From an uncultured Bdellovibrionales bacterium (GTDB taxonomy: Bacteria; Patescibacteriota; Minisyncoccia; Moranbacterales; UBA1568), in the NCBI GenBank assembly GCA_964404075.1, contig CAYOIM010000001.1:1-54081 (forward strand): a stretch of DNA of 54,081 bases. The letters run 5' to 3'. The notes under the pieces are model-generated. The model made no database searches and was not told the origin of the DNA. It saw only the letters and a program-made list of their open reading frames with translations. Below are positions 7,409 through 16,216 of the stretch, piece by piece. The number at the start of each line of letters is the position of its first letter. Within the stretch, counting starts at the first letter, position 1. Position numbers and translations under genes: made by a program.

Positions 7409-7492
7409 TTATACTCTTTCAAAAATATACTCTCAGTTTCATTCTCTACACTTCCTATACTCTAAATCCCATTTCCTAGCCTCTTCACAACT

Positions 7493-8578
7493 ATGGATCA
7501 CCACATTTTTCTCTCCTTCGAAGAAGAAGCTCGCCAGATCGAAGTTGCCCTCTCTTCCCCGGATATCACCAGCAAACCAAAAGAACTCGCGCGACTCGGA
7601 CGACGGAAAGCCGAATTGCAACTTCTCCTGGAGAAAGTCGAAGCGCTGAAGAGCATCGACCGTTCGATGCGCGATAACGCACTCCTCAGCCAAAATGAGG
7701 ATGCGGATTTGAGCGCGCTCGCCATCGAAGAAAATATCGTTCTTTCACAGAAAAAAAAGGATCTCGAAACAGCTGTCGAGGAAGCGCTCGTACCGAGCGA
7801 TCCCCGCGATGAAAAAGATGTCATCCTCGAAATCAGGGCCGGAGCCGGTGGCGATGAGTCCTCCCTCTTCGCGGCAGAGCTCTTCCGCATGTACGCACGG
7901 TATGCCGAGGAGAGAGGCTGGCAGATGAATATCGTCCATTCCAGCGAGACCGGTCTCGGCGGTTTCAAGGAAATCGTCGCGGAAATCAGTCGCGGAAACG
8001 GCGATCAACCCGTCTATCGGAAATTGAAGCATGAATCCGGCGTCCACAGGGTGCAACGGGTCCCCGAAACGGAAAAGATGGGGCGAGTTCACACTTCAAC
8101 CGCGACCGTCGCGATCCTGCCGGAAGCCGAAGAAATCGATATGACCATCGCCCCGAACGATCTTCGCATCGACACCTTCTGCTCTTCCGGTCCCGGAGGA
8201 CAATCCGTCAATACGACCTACAGTGCGGTGCGCATCACCCATCTCCCGAGCGGACTCGTCGTATCGTGTCAGGATGAAAAATCCCAGATCAAGAACAAGG
8301 AAAAAGCCCTGAAGGTACTCCGTTCCAGACTCCTCCAGGCGGAAGAGGACCGGCAGGCGAAAGAACTCGGTGATGCCCGTCGCGATCAGATTGGAACCGG
8401 GGATCGGAGCGAGAAAATCCGCACCTATAACTTTCCACAGGATCGCATCACCGATCACCGCATCAAGAAATCATGGAGTCACATCCATGAGGTTCTCACC
8501 GGTCGCATCGGCGCCATTCTCGATGCACTGGAAGCGGAAGATCTCCGACTCCGGCGAGAAAAATCCCTCATCGTATGA
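7493..8578 (+). CDS. prfA: Peptide chain release factor 1
   Basis: GGQ motif [12 protein letters not shown]. Codon-recognition region [17 protein letters not shown] (PxT type, i.e. RF1). Ends with TGA. Confidence 0.9.
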   Translation: MDHHIFLSFEEEARQIEVALSSPDITSKPKELARLGRRKAELQLLLEKVEALKSIDRSMRDNALLSQNEDADLSALAIEENIVLSQKKKDLETAVEEALVPSDPRDEKDVILEIRAGAGGDESSLFAAELFRMYARYAEERGWQMNIVHSSETGLGGFKEIVAEISRGNGDQPVYRKLKHESGVHRVQRVPETEKMGRVHTSTATVAILPEAEEIDMTIAPNDLRIDTFCSSGPGGQSVNTTYSAVRITHLPSGLVVSCQDEKSQIKNKEKALKVLRSRLLQAEEDRQAKELGDARRDQIGTGDRSEKIRTYNFPQDRITDHRIKKSWSHIHEVLTGRIGAILDALEAEDLRLRREKSLIV

Positions 8579-9486
8579 TCATCGGCGATTGGTACCAGCA
8601 CCTTCGAAAAGAGCTTCCGATAGGCGAGGCGCTCCTCCTCCTGTCATTCGTCCTCCATCGGGACAAAGCGGGCATCCTGGCGCACCCGGAATACTCCCTG
8701 TCGGACAGGGAAAGAACGCTCCTCGAACACTATGCGGAGCGAAGAAAAAACGGCGAGCCACTCTCCTACATCACCGGCGAGAAGGAATTTTTCGGACTCA
8801 CATTTCTCGTTACCAGAGATACCCTCATCCCCCGTCCCGAAACGGAGACGCTGGTCGAGTATGTATTGGGAAGAATACAAAATCTGGAATCTGAAATCTG
8901 GGATGAAGAAAAAACAATTTCAATACTCGACATCGGCACGGGGAGCGGGTGCATCCCCATTAGCATCCTTTCGGCGCTTCGCCAAAAAAATCCCGATATA
9001 TTCTCTCGTATCCGATGTCTCGCAACGGACATATCACCCGCGGCTCTCACCATAGCAAAACGAAACGCATTCCGTCATGACATACGGCGGGATATTTCGT
9101 TTCAGGAGAGTCATCTCCTCTCTCACATTCCGGAATCATACTTCGACACGGAGTCGATGATCATCACCGCCAATCTCCCGTATCTCTCCGAAGCAATCTA
9201 CGATGCATCCCCGAAAGAAGTGCGATGCCATGAACCGCAAAGCGCCCTCAAGGGAGGCGGAGATGACGGCACAGCACTCATCCGAACCCTTCTCGATCAA
9301 TACCAGATAAAAAGAGGAGCCCGACAAGATGCTTGTCTTATCCTGGAAATAAGCCCAGAACAAGGCATTTCTCTCATGGAATACGGGAGAAAGCTTTTCC
9401 CGCTCTCCCCTATCTCTCTTCTGCCGGATCTCGCAGGAAAAGATCGATTTCTCATCATAGAGAACAATCCCTCCGATTTTTCATAA
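8575..9486 (+). CDS. prmC: Release factor glutamine N5-methyltransferase (HemK/PrmC)
   Basis: SAM-binding [10 protein letters not shown] and ANLPYL (NPPY variant). The start overlaps the prfA stop (ATGA at 8575-8578). Confidence 0.85.
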   Translation: MIIGDWYQHLRKELPIGEALLLLSFVLHRDKAGILAHPEYSLSDRERTLLEHYAERRKNGEPLSYITGEKEFFGLTFLVTRDTLIPRPETETLVEYVLGRIQNLESEIWDEEKTISILDIGTGSGCIPISILSALRQKNPDIFSRIRCLATDISPAALTIAKRNAFRHDIRRDISFQESHLLSHIPESYFDTESMIITANLPYLSEAIYDASPKEVRCHEPQSALKGGGDDGTALIRTLLDQYQIKRGARQDACLILEISPEQGISLMEYGRKLFPLSPISLLPDLAGKDRFLIIENNPSDFS

Positions 9487-9490
9487 AAAA

Positions 9491-9516
9491 ACAAACCCTC
9501 ATTGGGGTTTGTTTTT
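9491..9516. terminator. Bidirectional terminator (prmC / small basic ORF)
   Basis: ACAAACCC (9491-9498) / GGGTTTGT (9505-9512), with an A-run before and a T-run after. Confidence 0.6.
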
Positions 9517-9532
9517 AAAAAGCGGACATCAA

Positions 9533-9619
9533 CTATCTGCGCTTTGCAGTCTTCTTGACGGCCTTCTTCTTTGCCACCTTCTTTACGGTCTTCTTGGCGG
9601 CCTTTTTCTTTGTTGCCAT
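9533..9619 (-). CDS. Candidate 28-aa lysine-rich basic peptide
   Basis: Too short for the ORF track. The minus strand reads ATG GCA ACA AAG ... = MATKKKAAKKTVKKVAKKKAVKKTAKRR, with stop TAG at 9535-9533. A strong SD, AGGAGGAGGTGATCGAC, lies directly upstream of the ATG, and the terminator 9491-9516 lies downstream. Confidence 0.5.
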   Translation of the reverse strand: MATKKKAAKKTVKKVAKKKAVKKTAKRR

Positions 9620-10211
9620 GTCGATCACCTCCTCCTAGTTTTATTTTTTCTTTATGCGCATCGAGAACGATGTCTCATACGCGTAGAAAATTTTTTTACA
9701 AAATTTTCTTCCTGCATCCATTATATACTATATTCAAAAAAAGCAAAGCGAAAAAGAAAATCATGTCAAGACTCATCACGCAAAAAAACAAATGCACAAT
9801 CGTAATCTCCCATGACACATTATCATTTCAGAAATTTCAGACGAGTCACTCTTTCTTGGAATTGTGACTTCGATTATTGAAATGCATTTGGATTGCGATT
9901 GCGATTGTGAATGTTGAATTTCATATCCAGATCGTTCGTGTGCTACCGGTGCAATCAACCACCGAAACAATACCTCAAGCACGAAAAAAGTCCTCTATTA
10001 CGGTGAAAACGACGGTTTTTGTCCAGATTGACACGGTCGCCACATCTTCCTACAGTAGAGGGAAGGGGGTCGAACCTGATGCCACGAATCGGAGGAGGAC
10101 TGGCAAAGGAGGAGACGCTTCAACGAAAGCCGTACCTTACTGTTTATCCGGGGGCTTCCATGCCACAGTTTCGCATGGGAGCTCTTATTACTAGAAAGGA
10201 AGGTGAATGAC

Positions 10212-10799
10212 ATGAATGAAAAAGAAATAATCGATCTGGAAGAGGAATCCGGCGACAAGGCTACCGCCTGGGTACAGGACAATCTCCGCGTCATCGTCAG
10301 CGTCTTCATAGTGGCCGCGATCGCACTCGGCATTTACTCCTATTCAGGACGGAATGCCAATACCGATACGGAGACTGACACCCTCGGCTCAGGATCTTCT
10401 ACGGAGGATGTGACAACCCTGGGAAATGCAACGGGAAACCCAATACAGAAAGATGGGGTGACCAGCATTAAGACGACGCCCGCCGAAATTTCAAAAGAGA
10501 CAGCGACATCCTTTGTCGAATCGGCGGAGCGCGGAAACGGAGTGACTCACCTCGCCAGACGCGCACTCCAGAACTATCTCGAGAAAAATCCCGATTCGAC
10601 ACTCTCGAAAGAGCACAAGATCTACATCGAGGATTATCTCCGAAAGAATGTCTCTCACACGGGGGGTGTGAAAGTAGGAACCAGCATTGAATTCTCGAAG
10701 GCTCTCATCGATCAGGCAATCAGCCATTCAAAGACCCTGAACGATCGCCAACTCGAACACCTCAAGCGCTATTCCATGAGGGCACCATCGCTCAAGTAA
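10212..10799 (+). CDS. Hypothetical membrane-anchored protein
   Basis: ORF 10203..10799 (GTG). The first ATG at 10212 is preceded by GAAAGGAAGGTG. One TM (LRVIVSVFIVAAIALGIYSY). No recognisable domain. Confidence 0.65.
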   Translation: MNEKEIIDLEEESGDKATAWVQDNLRVIVSVFIVAAIALGIYSYSGRNANTDTETDTLGSGSSTEDVTTLGNATGNPIQKDGVTSIKTTPAEISKETATSFVESAERGNGVTHLARRALQNYLEKNPDSTLSKEHKIYIEDYLRKNVSHTGGVKVGTSIEFSKALIDQAISHSKTLNDRQLEHLKRYSMRAPSLK

Positions 10800-10832
10800 G
10801 ACAGCCATTTCTATCTTTTTGTTCTTTCTCTG

Positions 10833-10860
10833 AAAATCCCCCGGAACTCCGGGGGATTTT
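10833..10860. terminator. Bidirectional intrinsic terminator
   Basis: AAAATCCCCCGG (10833-10844) / CCGGGGGATTTT (10849-10860), a perfect 12-bp stem with a 4-nt loop, between convergent genes. Confidence 0.75.
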
Positions 10861-11348
10861 CAGTTCGGGAGAAAACCGATGCCATCCCTTTCACTGGAAA
10901 CGAGTACCGCATCACCAGGTTCGACACCGGACAATTCCGATGCATTCACCTCGAGAACGCTCTCCGCCTCCGTCGGGGGACGGAAAATATCCTTCGAATC
11001 GGCCGGTATATTCCGTTCGATAAAAACCACCCGCCCATCTCGTATCCAGGCGATATCGAGCGGAAATCGCATCCCCTTCATCCAAAAAGCGTGCCGGTCT
11101 GGATCCATATCCGGGAAAAGAAAAAGCATACCATGCGAGGGAAGAAGTTCGTCACGCGACCCGAGTCCGCGCGCTCGGAGCGCGGGCGTGTCTGCGACCT
11201 CGACGGGAAATGACCGATCACCGATCCGAACCCAGATCCGCTCCGTGGATGATACCATCGAAACGACAGCTACAAAGACGATTAACGAGAGACCGACGAG
11301 CGCCACCGCTATTCCTCGCTGATATTGTTCACTTTGAAATATATTCAT
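10860..11348 (-). CDS. DUF192 (COG1430) family protein
   Basis: ORF 10860..11396. VEVADTPALRARGLGSRDELLPSHGMLFLF...FWMKGMRFPLDIAWI fits the DUF192 pattern. Start placed at internal ATG 11348 (MNIFQSEQY, followed by a TM segment). The alternative start is 11396. Confidence 0.7.
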   Translation of the reverse strand: MNIFQSEQYQRGIAVALVGLSLIVFVAVVSMVSSTERIWVRIGDRSFPVEVADTPALRARGLGSRDELLPSHGMLFLFPDMDPDRHAFWMKGMRFPLDIAWIRDGRVVFIERNIPADSKDIFRPPTEAESVLEVNASELSGVEPGDAVLVSSERDGIGFLPN

Positions 11349-12366
11349 TCCATTTCCGTTTGAGTACGCGGTCGAGCGATGCATACAGGATCGCAAAAAA
11401 TACCATCAATAAAAAAAATGCGGAGAGCTTGAGCAACGGCGATGTCTGGAGCGACAGGAACGCGACCGATGCCGTAAAGAGCGTCACGATGAAGAAAATC
11501 TGCGCTGGAGACCATCCGAGGCGCGAGAGGCGGAAATGGATATGCCGTTCATCAGGCTGAAAAACCGAATCACCGGCAAAAAGTCTCCGGAACGAGACGA
11601 GAAGCGCATCGATAACGGGGAGCGAGAGGACGAGGAGGGTCGTCGCGATCTTCGACCCCGCCATGATCGCCAAAGACGCGAGAGAAAAGCCGATAAAGAT
11701 CGACCCCGTCGTTCCTGCGAGAATCCGAGCCGGCGGTATATTGAAAAGGAGAAACCCCCCGATAGCTCCGAGCACCAAAGCCGCGAGTATCGCCATCGGA
11801 GGCTGATTGACCTCCGGGCGGAGACTGATGCAGAATATGGTGATGGCGGCGATACTCCCGACGCCACCGAGCAATCCATCCGCACCATCGAGCCAATTGA
11901 CCGCATTGATGATCAGAACCAGCCAAGCGAGAGTCACCAAAAACGATACTCCCGAGAATTGTGTGAGATCGATGATGCCACCGAAAGGATTCGTGACGAA
12001 ATCAATCCGGATATTCGAAAAATACGCGGCGATCCCCAGGATCACCTGAAACAAGATCTGCGTTTTCCAATCGATTTCAAGAAAATCATCGATGATGCCG
12101 AAGCACAGGATGAAGATGCTCGCGGCGAGCAATCCGTATATCGGTCTCGTCATGACCAGATGCTGGTCGACTCCGAGAGCGAACAGGAAAGCCCCGATGA
12201 TCGCGAGGCCCCCGAGGCGGGAGATCGAGACTCCTCGCGAATGCCGGTGTCGCCCTCCGGACCGCGGATTCGCATGACGGAGAATCGGAAGCGCGAGGAG
12301 AAGCGAGAGCGCCAACGACGAAGAAAAAGCGGTGAGAAATGGGAGGAGAAAGAGTGACATGACCAA
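11329..12366 (-). CDS. Polyprenyl-phosphate N-acetylhexosamine-1-phosphate transferase (MraY/WecA superfamily)
   Basis: Polytopic membrane protein. NAVNWLDGADGLLGG matches the NxxNxxDGxDGL motif of the MraY/WecA family. Confidence 0.8.
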   Translation of the reverse strand: MVMSLFLLPFLTAFSSSLALSLLLALPILRHANPRSGGRHRHSRGVSISRLGGLAIIGAFLFALGVDQHLVMTRPIYGLLAASIFILCFGIIDDFLEIDWKTQILFQVILGIAAYFSNIRIDFVTNPFGGIIDLTQFSGVSFLVTLAWLVLIINAVNWLDGADGLLGGVGSIAAITIFCISLRPEVNQPPMAILAALVLGAIGGFLLFNIPPARILAGTTGSIFIGFSLASLAIMAGSKIATTLLVLSLPVIDALLVSFRRLFAGDSVFQPDERHIHFRLSRLGWSPAQIFFIVTLFTASVAFLSLQTSPLLKLSAFFLLMVFFAILYASLDRVLKRKWNEYISK

Positions 12367-12487
12367 TGTGAAGTGGGGCTTAAGAATTGAAAAGTAGATC
12401 TTTACGACGGCCTTTCCGCTCCTGGATCCGCCAACTGGCGGAATCCACCGTGCAAAAGAAGCGGAACGGAAATGAGGGAAAAAGGAT

Positions 12488-12865
12488 CTAATAATTAGCG
12501 AGCCAGACCGTCATGGAAGCGATGAGAACCATGCTCTCAAGGAAAAAAAGCACGAGGAGTGCGATGCGTGACAACGCATATTCACCCGCCTGAAAGAATC
12601 TGAAGGAAAGGAGGATCTGCACCACCCAAATCCCCATTCCCGCGAAAGGAATGAAAAACGCCTGCCACCAAAGTCCCAGGGCATCGATGCCGAAATAGAC
12701 ATTGTAGTGAAGCACGATCAGGGTTTCCCTCATCCCGACACTCTTCCAGATAACCACGAAGGAAAGAACCCACAGCAATGCCGTGGCAATGAAAACCAGT
12801 CGGTGCTTTTTTTCCCGAAAAAACCCGCTGCAGTTCGCCCCTGAAACATGTACTGGTCGATCCAT
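12488..12865 (-). CDS. Hypothetical small polytopic membrane protein
   Basis: ORF 12488..12865 with 3-4 hydrophobic helices and no recognisable motif. Confidence 0.55.
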   Translation of the reverse strand: MDRPVHVSGANCSGFFREKKHRLVFIATALLWVLSFVVIWKSVGMRETLIVLHYNVYFGIDALGLWWQAFFIPFAGMGIWVVQILLSFRFFQAGEYALSRIALLVLFFLESMVLIASMTVWLANY

Positions 12866-12904
12866 GATCCGACTGGATTACAACAAAGAAAAGATCCGGT
12901 GGTT

Positions 12905-13510
12905 TTATTTCCGTAATCCCGCGAGAAATCGTTTGAATTCGGGGACCTTGTTCACCACCTCCTCATACGGACCCTCGAGGAATTCGATGAAAAAACGATC
13001 CAACATATCCAATCGATACTGGAGCTCCTCCATGGTCATCAGGACGAAGCGGACATCCTTGCCAACCTCGGCCTCCAGGTGAGCGAGTGCCTGCTTCAGC
13101 CTCGTCCGATTCAAATGATTCACCACGAGGATGAGGTCCGCTTTCGCCTTCGGATAGTTGAGAAATACGCCGGAGACCAAGATCATCTTCACCTCGCCGA
13201 TGAGCTTCAGCCGTTTGAACACCTGCGATTGCGCATTCACATTGAGTTTCGCCACGAGACCATGCAGTTCATTGAAGAAAGGAAAGTCCCGATTGGCAGA
13301 ATACAACTTCTTCCCTCGCCGGATATGGCAGGACACGAATTTCAATCGTTCCAAACGATTCAGCTCGGCCGTCACCGCTGGACGATCGAGGAGTGTCCGT
13401 TGCGCGATGTCAGCCGATGCGAACTCGCCCTCGGGATTCAGCGTAAAAAATCTGATCAATCGTGCGCGGGTTTTCGTTCCGAAAAGCGCATCGAATATTT
13501 CAAGTGACAT
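12905..13510 (-). CDS. Hypothetical winged-helix-like DNA-binding protein
   Basis: The N-terminus TRARLIRFFTLNPEGEFASADIAQRTLLDRPAVTAELNRLERLKFV looks like an ArsR/MarR-type wHTH. The rest is unassigned. Confidence 0.5.
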   Translation of the reverse strand: MSLEIFDALFGTKTRARLIRFFTLNPEGEFASADIAQRTLLDRPAVTAELNRLERLKFVSCHIRRGKKLYSANRDFPFFNELHGLVAKLNVNAQSQVFKRLKLIGEVKMILVSGVFLNYPKAKADLILVVNHLNRTRLKQALAHLEAEVGKDVRFVLMTMEELQYRLDMLDRFFIEFLEGPYEEVVNKVPEFKRFLAGLRK

Positions 13511-13758
13511 AGCGTATCATTAGGACATTACGGAACAGAACCGAAACGACAGTCATACCCGACATCCCCTCCATACACACCAGTATAGGGAAAGAGCTCC
13601 TTCCCGTCAAAAAAAACAGCTCGGAACGGGCGAAACACTTCAAAAAACTCCGAAAAGGGAGTATACTACCGATGTTTATTGCTGAAATGAGCGAGAGAAA
13701 CGCTCCGCCAAGACGGCATCGTTCCGAGCGAATGATGGCGACACAATGAGAGTACCGT

Positions 13759-16119
13759 ATGCGGGAAAAACGACACAAAGAACGCTCGAAAGCACCCCTG
13801 CCACTCCTCACCTATCAGGCAGAAGAGATTTTGGTCGCCAAAAACCGCGCCGTCTCGCCACTGGTGCTCTCATTCATCTATGAGCCCGAGAATATCGCAC
13901 TCAGGGATCTCGGTACCCTCTTCGGCACTTTCATCGTGACCGACCACCACGAGGACTCTAGCTATATCGTCAACTGCCTCGCGGCGGCGGCGAAAAAAGA
14001 ATACTTCATCAACCCCCGCCGTTCCGTCGAGGAGAGTTTCGAGTCGACCCTCCACAAGATCAACCTCACCTTGGGCAAGCTCGTCCGCGACGGGCACATC
14101 AACTGGATGGGAAAATTTCATGGATCCATCATCGCCATCCGTGACCGGGAGGCCTATTTTTCGGTCACCGGATTAGCGACGATACTCCTCCTGCGTCATA
14201 CCACCCTCTCCGCTATCAGTGAAGGACTCGCCGATCCAGAAGCCGCCCTCCACCCACTGAAGACCTTCACCGACATTGCCGAAGGGAAACTCCTCGCCGA
14301 TGACAAGATCATCGTAAGTACACCGGAACTCCTCGAGCTCCTCCCGCATGCGCTCCTCGAACGGGAAGCAGGGAAACTCCCGATCGATCGCCTCGCGCAA
14401 CTCATGAGGACCGCGCTCATCAATGAACGATCCGCGGCGGCGACCATTCTCATCAATTTCTCCGAAAATCCTGCCAAAGATACGCGGGGGGCACTCCGGA
14501 TGACGCCGAAGAGCGATGACGACAGCGGCACCCCGGTCACCCCGCTCATCGAAAATATATTCAGCAGTCAGCCCTTTCACAAGGAACAAAAATCCCACCC
14601 GGCAGAAGACCCCGTCGTGCCTCCTGCCGATACGGGAGAAAAAGAGCATATCGACAATCGTACCGGACATATTTATATTCAGGCCGACACCACGACTCCC
14701 AGAACGATTACCGAGACCGCCATCGATCGGGGCATAATGATACTCAAAGAGCAGTGCCTCATCCTTTTCATCAAAGGGAAAAAAAATATCCTCAGATATT
14801 CAGCGCTTCTCTCGGAAGGGATCTCCTCTTTCGTCACCCGATGCTTCCAATGGCTCATGCGATTCCTTCGGCGTCTCGCCACGCTCCTCTCCCGGTATCT
14901 CCGGAGCGCTTTGGATTTTCTGATCACCGCCTCCCGCGACCTCTTTCCACGGAAGACTTCATTCATCAATATCTCGTTCAACAAAAAAAATACGCCCACC
15001 CCCGGCTCGCCATCGCCTGCCGCCCCGGCTCACCTACCGGTATCCCGGGCTTCTGTTTTCCGCACATTCGCACGATTTCATTTCCATTTTCCCTCTTCTT
15101 GGTTTCCCCTCTCGCGACCAGCCATCCTCTATACCGATCGCATCGGGACATCCATACGGAAGCTCTGTCAAGGGATCATTTCTCTCTTTCAGTATCGTTC
15201 CACTCGGCAGAAATGGCTCATGGGAATCGCCATCTGCCTCATCCTCACCGGAACAATGCTCGTCATGCTCTCGCCTACACCAGAAGAGATCCAGGAAGAG
15301 GGGCTGGTCGTCGCCACTCCTCCTCCGACGGAGCCGACTTTCCCGCCCACGGATGAGCCGCTCGCCCGCGCCATATCCGGCAATGAAATCATGTCTTTCA
15401 ATACGGATGAGGCGCCACTCATACCCCTCGTCCTGAAAGACGCTCTCTTCATCCTGACGGATCGATCCATCATCAACGGAGAAACCAAGACCAGCATCCC
15501 GCTTCCGGCATCCGCGACTCCTGTGCTCCTCGCCTCCGCGATGCGCGATCTGAACGCCATCTTCATCTACGGAGCGGATAAAAAAATGTATATTTTCTAT
15601 CCGAATGCGAAATCCGCCGTCGAAAATACTTTCCCTCTCCCGAATGATTTCGCTCTGAGCGATATGGGTACCTACCTCACCTATCTCTACGCCTTCGATG
15701 CCAAACAGGGTCGAATCCTCCGATTTCCGCGTGCCGAAGGAGGCTTCGGAACGCCGACCGAATGGCTGAAAGAAAAAACGAGTTTCGGTGAAAACGCGAA
15801 AATAAGCATCGGCGAGAGCATCCTCATCGGATCTGACGGTACCATCTCATCCTTCACGAAAGGAAAGGGCGGAGCACTCCCGCTCACCGGCACAAGGGCG
15901 CCGGTCGCCATCCGAGATATCGCTCTCGCCGGTGACGGATCCTTTGTCATTCTCGATACGACTGAAAAAAGAATCGTCCACTTCAGTGCAAATGGACAAC
16001 TCATCGGACAGATTTTCGATGCCAAACTCGAAAACGCGAATCATCTCGCGATTCTCTCAAATGGAAGCACTGCCTTCGTCACCACGCCAGACAAGATTCT
16101 TTCTTTTGAGATACCGTAG
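13759..16119 (+). CDS. Large hypothetical single-pass membrane protein (cytosolic N-domain, Pro-rich linker, extracytoplasmic beta-propeller-like C-domain)
   Basis: ORF 13759..16119, 786 aa. TM at WLMGIAICLILTGTMLVML. The C-terminal segments (FVILDTTEKRIVHFSANGQLIGQIF, AFVTTPDKILSFEI) resemble NHL/propeller blades. The domain assignments are weak. Confidence 0.6.
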   Translation: MREKRHKERSKAPLPLLTYQAEEILVAKNRAVSPLVLSFIYEPENIALRDLGTLFGTFIVTDHHEDSSYIVNCLAAAAKKEYFINPRRSVEESFESTLHKINLTLGKLVRDGHINWMGKFHGSIIAIRDREAYFSVTGLATILLLRHTTLSAISEGLADPEAALHPLKTFTDIAEGKLLADDKIIVSTPELLELLPHALLEREAGKLPIDRLAQLMRTALINERSAAATILINFSENPAKDTRGALRMTPKSDDDSGTPVTPLIENIFSSQPFHKEQKSHPAEDPVVPPADTGEKEHIDNRTGHIYIQADTTTPRTITETAIDRGIMILKEQCLILFIKGKKNILRYSALLSEGISSFVTRCFQWLMRFLRRLATLLSRYLRSALDFLITASRDLFPRKTSFINISFNKKNTPTPGSPSPAAPAHLPVSRASVFRTFARFHFHFPSSWFPLSRPAILYTDRIGTSIRKLCQGIISLFQYRSTRQKWLMGIAICLILTGTMLVMLSPTPEEIQEEGLVVATPPPTEPTFPPTDEPLARAISGNEIMSFNTDEAPLIPLVLKDALFILTDRSIINGETKTSIPLPASATPVLLASAMRDLNAIFIYGADKKMYIFYPNAKSAVENTFPLPNDFALSDMGTYLTYLYAFDAKQGRILRFPRAEGGFGTPTEWLKEKTSFGENAKISIGESILIGSDGTISSFTKGKGGALPLTGTRAPVAIRDIALAGDGSFVILDTTEKRIVHFSANGQLIGQIFDAKLENANHLAILSNGSTAFVTTPDKILSFEIP

Positions 16120-16153
16120 AATTTTTTGCAAACAGAGAGACCGCTCGATGGGA

Positions 16154-16192
16154 ACAGCGGTTGCACCGCTCCAAAAGCGGAACAACCGCTCG
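16154..16192. repeat. ACAGCGG-type palindromic (REP-like) element
   Basis: ACAGCGGTTGCACCGCTCCAAAAGCGGAACAACCGCTCG, between convergent genes. The 36-nt core differs at one position from the reverse complement of 17928-17963. Confidence 0.8.
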
Positions 16193-16216
16193 CTCGTCCA
16201 AAGTCATCAAGAAATA

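Noticed and set aside
8576-8578. Alternative genetic code (UGA recoding, as in some candidate phyla).
   Set aside because: TGA terminates clearly delimited conserved genes (prfA, the DUF192 gene) at the expected protein length. Conserved proteins show no in-frame TGA.
10055-10110. TPP-riboswitch-like GAACCTGATGCC segment.
   Set aside because: Only the GAACCTGAT fragment resembles the motif. The CTGAGA element and the P4/P5 pairing are missing, and the downstream gene is not thiamine-related.
12410-12475. A possible degenerate ACAGCGG-type repeat (CCACCGTGCAAAAGAAGCGGAAC) and the hairpin GGATCCGCC/GGCGGAATCC.
   Set aside because: Similarity is limited to part of the core and the terminal ACAGCGG/CCGCTGT motifs are absent. 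It is too weak to call as a family member.
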